IMG/VR virus record: IMGVR_UViG_2841800567_000007
Source: an uncultured virus (IMG/VR IMGVR_UViG_2841800567_000007)
Taxonomy: Duplodnaviria; Heunggongvirae; Uroviricota; Caudoviricetes
DNA length: 64,000 nt
Direction: 5' to 3' (one strand)
Shown: piece after piece, positions 1-9,044 of the stretch
Numbering within the stretch: the first letter of the stretch is position 1
Layout: every line of letters begins with the position of its first letter
Translations under genes and position numbers: made by a program
Notes under the pieces: generated by a model
Database searches by the model: none
Told to the model about the DNA's origin: nothing
What the model saw: only the letters and a program-made list of their open reading frames with translations

Positions 1-1128
1 TTACACCGCAATTGTCGTCCATCCTTTGCCTCGATCATCATGGTAGCGAGCTGTCTGATTTGGTGATTTATGCCCCAGTAATTTCTGGGTGTCGATCCCC
101 TGAGCTTCATAAAGGCGCTCTGCCAGAGAACGTTGTTCGTGGAAGGTAGCCGGTGTACCAGATCCCCAATCAAGATCAGCCTTATCCCGTGCCTTACTGA
201 AGTTCATGGTAATGGTATTGGATTTCACCTGTGCGCCTCGCTCTGCCTGTGAGGTAGCCCGGAAGAAGTGGACAAGGTAAGGGCTTACCGCATAATCACG
301 GCAGCGTGACACCACATCTCGCAAACTCCAGTTAATCGCACTCAGGCGAAGCGATAATGGGATCGCAATTTTGCTCCCCGTTTTCTCCTGCTCAACGTGA
401 AGATGATCGTCCCAGATATCACTAAACTTCATCTTCGATATGTCGCCCAGGCGTTGGCCGGTGACGAGCGCCAGCAGCATCGCGTTACCCATGTACTTGT
501 GATTGGCATCCGCAATGTCGAAAATCTTCTGCCACTCCTCCAGGTTGAGGCGCTGGCGGGTAATCCGCCTTCTGGGTTGCTTCGTTGCAAGGGCAGGGTT
601 ATACCCCGGCGGCACCTCGCCGAAATGCTGCGCCTCTTTAAAGACGTCGATTAACACAGAGCGGATAACCTGAGCCATTCGCGGCTGCCCGCCAGCGGTA
701 TATTCCTCCAGTATTTGAGCAATATCGCGAACATCAACTGATGATATAAGTTTCATTCCCACGCGTTCTTTTAGTAGGGCCACTGGTTTTCCTTTCTGCT
801 TATAGGTATTCGCTTTAATATCACCAGATGCGAGTCTTTCTTCCTGTATTTTCCAATATCGATCAAGCCATGTTGTGGTTGTGATAGCTTTCCCTTTACT
901 GGTGGCAATACGGTCGCTGATTGCTAATATTTGGCGAGTGCGTTGTTCGGCAAGACGAGAATTAGCCTCGATCGCAATGGCAATCGCTTCTTTTTCATTT
1001 GTTCCGATAGAATGAAACTTACCCGTTATAGGATGTTTGTAACGCCAGTATATTTTATTAACCTTCCGGCTATATAGCGGATAAAGGTTAGGGACACTGA
1101 CGTTATTTTTACGTGGTCTGGCAGCCAT
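1..1128 (-). CDS. int: Lambda-type tyrosine integrase
   Basis: Arm-binding N-terminus (MAARPRK...WRYKHP), TGQRLGD, HEQRSLA, LLGH...TARY catalytic motifs. Confidence 0.95.
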   Translation of the reverse strand: MAARPRKNNVSVPNLYPLYSRKVNKIYWRYKHPITGKFHSIGTNEKEAIAIAIEANSRLAEQRTRQILAISDRIATSKGKAITTTTWLDRYWKIQEERLASGDIKANTYKQKGKPVALLKERVGMKLISSVDVRDIAQILEEYTAGGQPRMAQVIRSVLIDVFKEAQHFGEVPPGYNPALATKQPRRRITRQRLNLEEWQKIFDIADANHKYMGNAMLLALVTGQRLGDISKMKFSDIWDDHLHVEQEKTGSKIAIPLSLRLSAINWSLRDVVSRCRDYAVSPYLVHFFRATSQAERGAQVKSNTITMNFSKARDKADLDWGSGTPATFHEQRSLAERLYEAQGIDTQKLLGHKSPNQTARYHDDRGKGWTTIAV

Positions 1129-1354
1129 CGGATAATATCCTCTGAAGAATTGGTGAATCTGACTTGCAGATCACTGGTTGAGCAATATTTCCGGTTATTT
1201 CCGCATCTTCTCTTACTCGCCAGAACTTGCCTTCTTTACGTGCTGGTGGTGAGAACATGCTTTGCTTTGCATAACGGCGCAATGTGTCCATGCTTGGGGG
1301 ATTGCTCCGGTATTTCTCTGCGCGCCATTCTTCGAGGGTCAACATCTGAAGCAT
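1109..1354 (-). CDS. xis: Excisionase
   Basis: MLQMLTLEEW...TLRRYAK...PPARKEGKFWRV; overlaps the int start. Confidence 0.85.
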   Translation of the reverse strand: MLQMLTLEEWRAEKYRSNPPSMDTLRRYAKQSMFSPPARKEGKFWRVREDAEITGNIAQPVICKSDSPILQRILSDGCQTT

Positions 1355-1397
1355 GGTGATTTCTCCATACGGCCCGGCTGCACCCGGGCCAACAGGT

Positions 1398-1967
1398 TTA
1401 TTCTTCTGTGCTGGTGGGCAGCAGACGCTGCCAGATTGCCGATACATATTTCACCTGGTGGCGGGCATCGGCCAGTGCGTTGTGGGCCACACCATCAAAT
1501 GGCATATCGCGCTTGGGATCGAAACCAAGCTGTTTGCCGAGCAGCACCATGGTGCGCACGTCGCTGTCGTTCCAGAATTGCCACGGGCAGGTTTGGCCGG
1601 CGCGTTCGTAGGCTGAGCGCAAAATAACGTTGTCGAAGTTGGCACCATTACCCCAGACTTTCAGGTAACGCGGGTTGTCAGAGTTACGACTGATAAATGA
1701 GCTCAATTCGGAGAGAGCAAAGGTAATGCTTCTTGTATCGTCGGTACAAATAGCGGCGCGAGCCTCCGCTGACTGCTTCAGCCACCATAGGATCGTGGCA
1801 CCGTCAGGCGTTGCACCTTGCTCCATGGCGCTGGCGAGATTGACGGCCACATAAAACTCGGCGCCCAGCTCACCGCTTTTCGGGTCGAAGAACACAGCAC
1901 CGATCGCGACAATTGGCGCGGCAGGCTTATTGCCCATGGTTTCGAGGTCGATCATAAGGTGGTTCAT
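1398..1967 (-). CDS. DEDDh 3'-5' exonuclease (exodeoxyribonuclease VIII-like domain)
   Basis: HLMIDLETMG, WGNGANFD, HNALADA motifs. Confidence 0.9.
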   Translation of the reverse strand: MNHLMIDLETMGNKPAAPIVAIGAVFFDPKSGELGAEFYVAVNLASAMEQGATPDGATILWWLKQSAEARAAICTDDTRSITFALSELSSFISRNSDNPRYLKVWGNGANFDNVILRSAYERAGQTCPWQFWNDSDVRTMVLLGKQLGFDPKRDMPFDGVAHNALADARHQVKYVSAIWQRLLPTSTEE

Positions 1968-2164
1968 TACATATGCTCCAAATCTGATGGTTTAAAAGTA
2001 TGCCAGTAACCTTCTTCACGTATTTCTGTTCTAGTCTTGCCGCAACCGTTGCACCCATAGTGGAAAACAATAGTTGGCTGCAGCCCGTTAAGGGACTGAT
2101 ATGGGTGAAGCTCTTTCTTGAACAACACCCATTTGTGAAGCCTGAAAAGGCAGCGAATCTTCAT
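1967..2164 (-). CDS. Small hypothetical phage protein (Cys/His-rich)
   Basis: Tightly coupled ORF in the leftward operon. Confidence 0.55.
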   Translation of the reverse strand: MKIRCLFRLHKWVLFKKELHPYQSLNGLQPTIVFHYGCNGCGKTRTEIREEGYWHTFKPSDLEHM

Positions 2165-2500
2165 CTACTTCCCCTCCACTTGGCCGCCAGCAGACGGGAT
2201 TGATGCCGCGGGGTAGAGGTAAACCGGCACCTCGTGCTTGAGCTTTGGATCACATCCAATGACTACTGCTGAAATAGACCACATCCAGTTATTTTCATCG
2301 TGATCGTTATCATGCATGTGTTCGGCGCATCTTTTAGTTACAAAACCAAATGGCTCCTGCTCCATGACAGCCAATAACGCACGGGCCATCATTTCAGCCT
2401 CTTCAGCAGGAAGCACAACGTTGTGCCCGGCGCTATATTTGGCGCGCCATGATGCGATTGTTTGAAGACGCTCTTTGTTTAATTCGCTGGTGGGCATCAT
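2165..2500 (-). CDS. Hypothetical early-left (Eaa-like) protein
   Basis: Shares an IAxWRxKY...NVxLPAxEA motif with 24673-25110. Confidence 0.6.
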   Translation of the reverse strand: MMPTSELNKERLQTIASWRAKYSAGHNVVLPAEEAEMMARALLAVMEQEPFGFVTKRCAEHMHDNDHDENNWMWSISAVVIGCDPKLKHEVPVYLYPAASIPSAGGQVEGK

Positions 2501-2572
2501 TCTTCTTCCTCTGGCAAAACCAAAATGGTGTTGTCCGGCACAGTGATGGTGAGCTGTACGCTGTAACCACGC

Positions 2573-2824
2573 TCATGCATGACGTAAGTGACGGGCCATG
2601 CTGGCGTAGCCTTTAGAATATCGGGCAAAATCATCAATGCTGGTTGTAGTCATGGCCCCACGGAAACGGAAGCGCTCAAGAGAAAAGCGCTCGAGGCTTT
2701 CAACGCGAGTTTCTTCCGGGAGTAATGCTGTTGGGCAAGCCAGGCCGTTAATATCATTCAGGTGATAACCAGAAAGAACCAGATCTTTAACCTGCTTAAA
2801 AGTACCGCTGTCTACCTGAGACAT
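2573..2824 (-). pseudogene. yfdQ: YfdQ/DUF2303-family protein, C-terminally truncated
   Basis: ESLERFSLERFRFRGAMTTTSIDDF N-terminus; ends after 83 aa; directly downstream of yfdP. Confidence 0.75.
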
Positions 2825-2881
2825 AAAAATTCCTTATTAACAAATGATCGAATTGGTGGCAGTGAATTAGTTGTCAGCGGT

Positions 2882-3253
2882 TCACTGAGCCGCTTTAAGC
2901 TTTCCGTCTGTGGCGCCGTTGATACTGAACAATTGCCCCTGGTCCTCCTGCAGGATGGTGAGCTTGCCGCCTTTGTTAACCCACATTGGCGTTTCAGTGG
3001 TGTCCTCTTCGGAGGCTTTACCGCGCGGCGTCGGGGTGCTGTAGTTCAGCTTGTGCTTGATCTTGACGCGCTTCTCTTCAACGGAATTACCCATACGCTC
3101 AAAATCAAAGGTGAGAACCACTTTGCCTTTGGTGCCGTTATTCAGAACGCCCAGCGCGGTGGTATTAAGCGCGGCGGCGATTTTGTTCATGAACACGCCG
3201 GCGTCCAGCTCACCCAGAAAATCGGGTACTACGGTCATGCGATCATTGCTCAT
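2882..3253 (-). CDS. yfdP: YfdP-like phage protein
   Basis: VPDFLGELDAGVF...EEDTTETPMWVNKGGKLTILQEDQGQLF. Confidence 0.8.
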   Translation of the reverse strand: MSNDRMTVVPDFLGELDAGVFMNKIAAALNTTALGVLNNGTKGKVVLTFDFERMGNSVEEKRVKIKHKLNYSTPTPRGKASEEDTTETPMWVNKGGKLTILQEDQGQLFSINGATDGKLKAAQ

Positions 3254-3301
3254 AGCATTTCCTCTCGGTTAAGCGGCTGCCGCCGCCGTAAGTTTCTCCA
3301 T

Positions 3302-3701
3302 ACACAACAGAGAAGAGCACCTGCGCGCTGGTCATAGGTGAGAAGACCACTTCCTTTACGCCCGGGTGGATTGGGTTATGAGCCCGTCGCCCGGTGATGC
3401 TCTTGTCTGTTGTGTAAAAAGGGCGGTACCAGGGACTTCAAGGGATGGAACTGGTACCGCCAAGACTACACACAGCAATACTGGTACTACGGTTATCACG
3501 GTCCTAAGCGTGATTTGGTTGTGGTGGCCGGTGCTGATCTCCGGCTTATATGCAAGCGCTACGCATTCACCACAACGAAGAGAGCACTGCCGGTGTCCGA
3601 ATTGAACGGACCTTTTCGTTGCCCATCACCGCCATCTGTATAGCGGTGGCAGGAATTGAACCTGCCGTTATGCCTTGCTCGTCAATGCTCTCATCGTTGT
3701 G
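3302..3701 (-). ncRNA. Structured leader of the leftward early operon (two long RNase III-type stems with internal hairpins)
   Basis: Inverted arms 3302-3319/3398-3415 and 3571-3586/3686-3701; hairpin GGCGGTACCAG..CTGGTACCGCC at about 3422-3461. Confidence 0.55.
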
Positions 3702-3770
3702 TGCCTGTCTTTTCACCACTTCAGGCTCGGTGGTATGCTGGAGTTCTCACACAGCCAGCAAGGAAACCTA

Positions 3771-4112
3771 ATGAACCAGTTTTATGTTCACGTTCGTCTA
3801 TTTGAAGCCACAACCGAACAGACCAAAAAATTTGAAGAATTAATGCTTAACTTTCTGTACCAGAAAACAATCAAAGAGTCTGACGATAGCTGCTGCAGAC
3901 TGATTCCAGAGGGATATATCCTCAAAAGCACAATGAACTGCCAACAAATCCTTGACCAAACATTTTCAATTGCTAACAGTGCCGGTGTTGACGCAAATAT
4001 ATTTGTCTGTAAATTTGAACAAAGCGCATGCTTACTTCCGTCTGCTTCCTTAGTTGGCAACGATTTCGTTCATTACGATCTTACGCCTAAGCCCATCAAG
4101 CTCGATTCTTAA
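3771..4112 (+). CDS. ymfI: e14 YmfI-like protein
   Basis: MNQFYVHVRLFE...PKPIKLDS recognised as e14 YmfI; convergent overlap with ymfJ. Confidence 0.8.
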   Translation: MNQFYVHVRLFEATTEQTKKFEELMLNFLYQKTIKESDDSCCRLIPEGYILKSTMNCQQILDQTFSIANSAGVDANIFVCKFEQSACLLPSASLVGNDFVHYDLTPKPIKLDS

Positions 4113-4358
4113 AACCTTAACCATTGTGTCGTGATAAACACGGCTCACCCTCTCTCCATTGCATGGCAGAGGGGTGATCGTGTTAGCCATGAAATTCATG
4201 AACTCGGTTCGTTCAGGGTCTTGCGCCCCGCAAGTCTTTAATGCCTGTTTTGCTAACAAAATACGGGCCTCAGTGCCTGCATTTGGCTCTATCTGCTGCA
4301 AACGCTTAGCGTCCTCCAGCAATAATGCGATCACGTGCTTCAAATCCTGCTCATTCAT
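4050..4358 (-). CDS. ymfJ: e14 YmfJ-like protein
   Basis: MNEQDLKHVIALLLEDAKRLQQIEPNAGTEARI. Confidence 0.8.
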   Translation of the reverse strand: MNEQDLKHVIALLLEDAKRLQQIEPNAGTEARILLAKQALKTCGAQDPERTEFMNFMANTITPLPCNGERVSRVYHDTMVKVLRIELDGLRRKIVMNEIVAN

Positions 4359-4475
4359 CTCATCTCTCCGCTTAATTCATCCGCTAGCGAATCATCCCGG
4401 CCTTCATATGCCCCGGGCGGCTACTTCGTGGGCGTCCTGCCTGTTCGCTGTTGATGGAATGAAGATAAAAGAAAA

Positions 4476-4513
4476 TTGCGAATTACGCAAGTAAATAAAT
4501 GCGCAACTCGCAA
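4476..4513. promoter_or_regulatory. OL operators of prophage 1
   Basis: 15-bp palindromes TTGCGAATTACGCAA (4476-4490) and ATGCGCAACTCGCAA (4499-4513). Confidence 0.7.
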
Positions 4514-4524
4514 TATAAAGGGCG

Positions 4525-4555
4525 AAAAAAAGCCGCCATTAAGCGGCGGCTCTTT
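4525..4555. terminator. Intrinsic terminator downstream of cI
   Basis: A-run, GCCGCC-loop-GGCGGC hairpin, TTT. Confidence 0.6.
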
Positions 4556-4566
4556 GCTGGGGCGGG

Positions 4567-5262
4567 TTATCCGTGTCTTTTCATTGCTTGTGATTGGCTA
4601 AGCATCACTTTTCCAAACACATAAAAACGTTCTTCGTTCGATTGGTCAACTGACCACTCTCTGTATTTGGGATTATCAGAGATCACCAGAATTTTGTCAG
4701 GGATCATCTGTAACCGTTTAACGTAAATTTTCTCGTCAAAACCAAACACATAAATGCCATCACCATCAAATTCGTTGATTGAAACATCAACAAAGATCAA
4801 GTCGCCTGGCTCGATAGTATCAGCCATGCTGTCACCACGAACGTTGATAACTTTAACAGCATCTGGTGTCCTGCCACCGAACAGAGCCGCAGCCCGTTCG
4901 CTGTTGTACTCGATTGATCTGATTACATCGATGACATCACTACCTTGTATAAAACCCATGCCAGCACTTGCACTGACATCAAGCATCTCGACTCTAAACA
5001 CCGGGTCACCCTCTCCATAAACTGGATTATTGTCACTGGATTTATATACAGTATTTTCATTTATGGAAGGTGTAAAGAGTTCAGCAACATCAACGCCGAG
5101 CGCAGTTGCGTATTTGCTAAGCGATTGTTCAGTAAATGACTTTTGCTTTCCGGTCTCAACACGAGAAACGTTAGCACCGTCAATACCAACAGCATCAGCA
5201 AGGTCAGAAATTTTCATGCCTCTTGCGAGGCGCAATTCACGAATACGGTTTCCTATGTTCAT
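4567..5262 (-). CDS. cI: CI-type repressor (XRE HTH plus S24 peptidase)
   Basis: N-terminal HTH, ASAG cleavage site, VRGDSM and YVKRLQ catalytic motifs. Confidence 0.93.
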   Translation of the reverse strand: MNIGNRIRELRLARGMKISDLADAVGIDGANVSRVETGKQKSFTEQSLSKYATALGVDVAELFTPSINENTVYKSSDNNPVYGEGDPVFRVEMLDVSASAGMGFIQGSDVIDVIRSIEYNSERAAALFGGRTPDAVKVINVRGDSMADTIEPGDLIFVDVSINEFDGDGIYVFGFDEKIYVKRLQMIPDKILVISDNPKYREWSVDQSNEERFYVFGKVMLSQSQAMKRHG

Positions 5263-5282
5263 GCGTTCATTACAGGTTGTTT

Positions 5283-5395
5283 TTGCGTGATATGCAAAGC
5301 AACTTGCGCAAGTCGTAAGTACACATTAATATGCGTATTACGCAATTATAGGGGGCTTTATGCAATCACCGTTAAGAAATTTGCGAAAATCGCAA
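5283..5395. promoter_or_regulatory. OR operators of prophage 1
   Basis: TTGCG-N5-CGCAA-like sites at 5283-5297, 5304-5318, 5331-5345 and 5381-5395. Confidence 0.7.
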
Positions 5396-5623
5396 GGTTT
5401 AACTCTCTCATATGTCGCTAACTTGGTGGATATTGATCCTGCCAACTTAAGCCGGATTGAACGGGGGCAACAAATCGCCTCTCTTGATGTAGCTGAAAGG
5501 CTGGTGAAGTTTTATTCGGGCCAGATTGACGAACTCCAGATTTTGTACCCGCAGCGTTATGCAAACCCTACACAGGATAGCGTTAAAGCTGCACCGCAGA
5601 AAAAAGGGGAGAACCGTGGGTAA
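5360..5623 (+). CDS. cro: Cro-like HTH regulator
   Basis: Divergent from cI; XRE HTH (PANLSRIERG). Confidence 0.85.
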   Translation: MQSPLRNLRKSQGLTLSYVANLVDIDPANLSRIERGQQIASLDVAERLVKFYSGQIDELQILYPQRYANPTQDSVKAAPQKKGENRG

Positions 5624-6173
5624 CGAACCTATGTGGAAAGTAGAACGCCAGCCGGCCTGGCTGGTGGCAGCAATCAAAAAGACGATCGCTGAACTGCCTG
5701 GCGGATATGCCGAGGCGGCTGAATGGCTTGATGTGACTGAAAACTCGCTTTTTAACCGTCTGCGTGCCGATGGCGATCAGATTTTCCCGCTTGGCTGGGC
5801 CATGGTGCTGCAGCGTGCTGGTGGCTCAAACCACATTGCCAACGCCATTGCACGGCATTCCAACGGTGTGTTTGTCCCTATTGCGGACATTGAAGACGTT
5901 GATAACGGCGATATAAACCAGCGCCTGATGGAGTCGATCGAATGGATCGGGAAACACTCTAATTTTGTGCGTAAAGCGACAGCGGACGGTGTAATTGACG
6001 CTGAAGAGCGTGCGCAGATTGAGGAAAACAGCTACCAGGTGATCGCCAAGTTTCAGGAGCATATAACGCTGCTATATCGCGTTTTCTGTGCTTCAGAAAA
6101 GAGTGACGCCCGCGAGTGTGCAGCTCCGGGCGCCGTGGCAGATAAATCATTGTGTATGGAGAAATCCGCATGA
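5616..6173 (+). CDS. ymfL: YmfL-family (CII-position) regulator
   Basis: WKVERQPAWLVAAIKKTIAELPGGYAEAAEWLDV; GTG start at 5616. Confidence 0.85.
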   Translation: MGNEPMWKVERQPAWLVAAIKKTIAELPGGYAEAAEWLDVTENSLFNRLRADGDQIFPLGWAMVLQRAGGSNHIANAIARHSNGVFVPIADIEDVDNGDINQRLMESIEWIGKHSNFVRKATADGVIDAEERAQIEENSYQVIAKFQEHITLLYRVFCASEKSDARECAAPGAVADKSLCMEKSA

Positions 6174-6349
6174 GCAATTTAACCGCAAATTCTCATTTGC
6201 CGCAACTCAGGATGATCCCGGTATCGGGCACTCCTTCGTTTCGGTATGAGCGTATGGTATCGGGCCGTTGGGTTTCATGTAACCACAGTCGCGCGGCTCG
6301 AATTGTGGGGGTATTCAACCGGAGGGCTGCCCAATGGTTCAGCAAGTAA
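6170..6349 (+). CDS. Small hypothetical phage protein
   Basis: ATGA overlap with ymfL. Confidence 0.45.
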   Translation: MSNLTANSHLPQLRMIPVSGTPSFRYERMVSGRWVSCNHSRAARIVGVFNRRAAQWFSK

Positions 6350-7047
6350 ACCACAACAGCACACAGACAATGGTGCCAGCTTTTGCAGCCGGTTCTGTAA
6401 CGATGGGCAGCCGGGAAATAGCCGCACTGACCGAGAAACGCCATTTCGACGTAATGCGCGACATCGAACGTATGTTTGAACAACTCGGAGAGGATGTTTT
6501 GGGGTGTGCGCAAAACTTCGTACACCCCCAGAACGGGCAGGAGTACCGCGAATACCGCCTTGACCGCGAGCATGCTGAATGCCTGGTTACAGGTTATAGC
6601 GCCGCTCTGCGTATGCGAATTATCCGCCGCTTGCGTGAACTGGAAGAGCGGTCAGGAGCTATTCCTCAGACGCTTCCGGAAGCCCTCCGCCTTGCTGCTG
6701 ATATGGCTGAACAGAATGCTCAGCTGGCACATAAGGTACAGCAGGACGCGCCAAAGGTGGCGTTCGTAAACCACTACGTAGAATCTGGCGGCGCCAAAAG
6801 TCTGCGTGAGACGGCGAAGATCCTCAACATGCCGGAAAAAGCGATGATCGACGTACTGCTGCGCGACAAGGTTTTGTTCCGTCAGTCTGGCAATCTTCTG
6901 CCGCACGCCCTGCGCCAGCGTGATGGCCTGTTTACCGTCAAAACCGGCACGTCAGATTTCGGTCATGCCTATACGCAAACCCGCGTAACCCCTCGTGGCG
7001 TCCAGTGGATCGCCGAACGCTACGCCTCCGAATTGATGGGGGGCTAA
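6334..7047 (+). CDS. Rha/KilAC (Roi-like) antirepressor
   Basis: MGSREIAALTEKRH..., PQTLPEALRLAAD, APKVAF, TQTRVTPRGVQWI. Confidence 0.85.
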   Translation: MVQQVNHNSTQTMVPAFAAGSVTMGSREIAALTEKRHFDVMRDIERMFEQLGEDVLGCAQNFVHPQNGQEYREYRLDREHAECLVTGYSAALRMRIIRRLRELEERSGAIPQTLPEALRLAADMAEQNAQLAHKVQQDAPKVAFVNHYVESGGAKSLRETAKILNMPEKAMIDVLLRDKVLFRQSGNLLPHALRQRDGLFTVKTGTSDFGHAYTQTRVTPRGVQWIAERYASELMGG

Positions 7048-7048
7048 C

Positions 7049-7228
7049 GTGACAGAGCATATTCAACCCCTGAACCGATATTACCGGGATCATCGCGGCA
7101 TCGTCGTGAATGTGACGGGCTATGATGCATCTGGACAGCGTGTTATTTACCGCCGCCCGGGTTACGAGTGGGAGTGTGTGGCACCGTTGATTGTGTTCCG
7201 CGCAAGATTCAAGAGGATAGATAAGTGA
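7049..7228 (+). CDS. DUF4222-family protein (not in the ORF track)
   Basis: Own translation: VTEHIQPLNRYYRDHRGIVVNVTGYDASGQRVIYRRPGYEWECVAPLIVFRARFKRIDK. Confidence 0.7.
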   Translation: MTEHIQPLNRYYRDHRGIVVNVTGYDASGQRVIYRRPGYEWECVAPLIVFRARFKRIDK

Positions 7229-8061
7229 ATATCCTGATTATTGCTTTCAACGATTCCGGGCGCTACACTGCTCTGGCAGCGGCAAAATCCGTTGCCGGGA
7301 TTGGCGTCCCGGGATTCATCATGGCGCATAACCGCGCTAAAGCGGTTTTTTTATGCGTTAAGCACGGCCACATTCGCATTATGGTGGGGCGTGTGGGGGC
7401 TTCTTTGGAAGCGCCGGGTTCCGTGATGACCGGTAACGCCAACCCTGCACGTCTCACCACCCATGAGATTGGCGTCTCTGGTGGTGAGTTAACAAAACTC
7501 ATCATGGAGGCTGCCATCATGGCTACTATCCCAACCCTCGATCAACCTGAAATCACTGTTGTTAACGGTCAGGCCGTTACCTCTTCTCTGGCTGTCGCCG
7601 ACTACTTCACCAAACGTCATGATGATGTTCTGAAAAAGATACGCGCGCTGGAATGTTCACCGGAATTTACTGCCCGCAATTTTGCGGTGAGTGAATACAC
7701 CGACGCCACAGGCCGTAAGCTCCCTTGCTACCAGATCACCCGCGACGGTTTCGCGTTCCTGGCTATGGGCTTCACAGGTAAGCGTGCCGCGCAGTTCAAA
7801 GAGACGTATATAAACGCCTTTAACCAGATGGAAAATGCCTTGATCCGCTCGGCAGATACTTCCTGCGCTGCGCACAATGCACATGTCGTTCATCTCTACA
7901 TGTCTGAAATCCATCGCGTATGGATGGCTCAGCTTTACCCAATGCTGGTGGCCTCTCAATCCCCAATAGCCCACGGCCTGTATGACTACATCAATGATGG
8001 CGTCTTTATTGCAGCGCTTGTGGATCGTTCGCTGAACGGTGGCAAGGAGGTGTGCAAGTGA
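7225..8061 (+). CDS. Ash/Icd-like leader in frame with a Rha-family regulator (internal start 7519)
   Basis: AAAKSVAGIGVP...AVF ash-like N-terminus; VTSSLAVADYF...TRDGFAFLAMGFTGKRA Rha domain. Confidence 0.8.
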   Translation: MNILIIAFNDSGRYTALAAAKSVAGIGVPGFIMAHNRAKAVFLCVKHGHIRIMVGRVGASLEAPGSVMTGNANPARLTTHEIGVSGGELTKLIMEAAIMATIPTLDQPEITVVNGQAVTSSLAVADYFTKRHDDVLKKIRALECSPEFTARNFAVSEYTDATGRKLPCYQITRDGFAFLAMGFTGKRAAQFKETYINAFNQMENALIRSADTSCAAHNAHVVHLYMSEIHRVWMAQLYPMLVASQSPIAHGLYDYINDGVFIAALVDRSLNGGKEVCK

Positions 8062-9044
8062 GCAGTAAACTTCATGGCCTTGTATGGGAAGGGTGCGCGC
8101 ATGCTGGTCTGATACTTTCCCGTGTCGCTGTTATGGCGCGCCTGGCGGACTACAGCAACGATGAAGGGTTATCGTGGCCAGCGGTGGAAACCATCCAGCG
8201 CCAGATCGGCGCTAAAAGTAAAACCACAGTCTCGGCGGCAATTGATGAGCTGGAGCGTGATGGCTGGCTGACTAAGACCGAGCGTAAGTCTGGCGGTCGT
8301 AACCTGAGTAATGTTTACCAGATCAACGTTGACAAACTGGAAGCCGCCGCCTCAGTAGCCCGAACGGCAAACAAGGCGAAAAAGCGCAGCACACGCACTA
8401 CCCCCCCAATTATTGACCCCTCAATAAATGACGGGTTAACGGTTGACCCCTCAATTATTGACCCCTCAACGGTTGGTGTATCAACGAACGTAGATTCCAG
8501 CCCGGTTAAGGGGTCAATGGTTGACCCCGATCCGTCAGTAACTACTGATCCGTCAGATAAAGGATCTTCTTGTCCGGGTGCTACGCCACCGGACGAAGGT
8601 TCTGATGATGATTCTTCTGAGGAAAATTTCACTTCCCGGCATCCGGATGCGGTTGTCTACAGTGCGAAGAAACGCCAGTGGGGTGGCAGGGACGATCTGA
8701 CCTGCGCTGAGTTTATCTGGGGAAAAATTATCGTGATGTACGAGCGCGCGGCGGAAACCGACGGTGAGGTGGTTCGCCCCAAAGAGCCGAACTGGACAGC
8801 ATGGGCGAACGAAGTACGCCTGATGGTGGCGCAGGACGGCCGGACGCACAAACAAATCTGCTCGCTGTTCAAACGCGCCAACCAGGACAAGTTCTGGTGC
8901 AAGAACATCCTGAGCCCCTCAAAGCTGCGTGAAAAATGGGATGAACTCTCACTGAAACTCAGCGCATCAGCAGCACCGCAGCAATCCGGCCCCGTCAGCG
9001 GCGGTCACTGGAATAGCCCCGAAGCCTGGGAGAACACGCTATGA
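8058..9044 (+). CDS. Replication initiator (O-like, SfV/YfdO type)
   Basis: ARLADYSNDEGLSWP HTH; FWCKNILSPSKLREKWD; internal iterons. Confidence 0.85.
   Translation: MSSKLHGLVWEGCAHAGLILSRVAVMARLADYSNDEGLSWPAVETIQRQIGAKSKTTVSAAIDELERDGWLTKTERKSGGRNLSNVYQINVDKLEAAASVARTANKAKKRSTRTTPPIIDPSINDGLTVDPSIIDPSTVGVSTNVDSSPVKGSMVDPDPSVTTDPSDKGSSCPGATPPDEGSDDDSSEENFTSRHPDAVVYSAKKRQWGGRDDLTCAEFIWGKIIVMYERAAETDGEVVRPKEPNWTAWANEVRLMVAQDGRTHKQICSLFKRANQDKFWCKNILSPSKLREKWDELSLKLSASAAPQQSGPVSGGHWNSPEAWENTL
8408..8558 (+). repeat. Replication origin iterons of prophage 1
   Basis: Repeated TTGACCCCTCAA units with about 15-bp periodicity inside the O-like gene. Confidence 0.7.

Noticed and set aside
3590..3670. 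Possible tRNA gene
   Set aside because: T-loops present, but no acceptor stem/CCA, D-arm or anticodon arm in a tRNA layout
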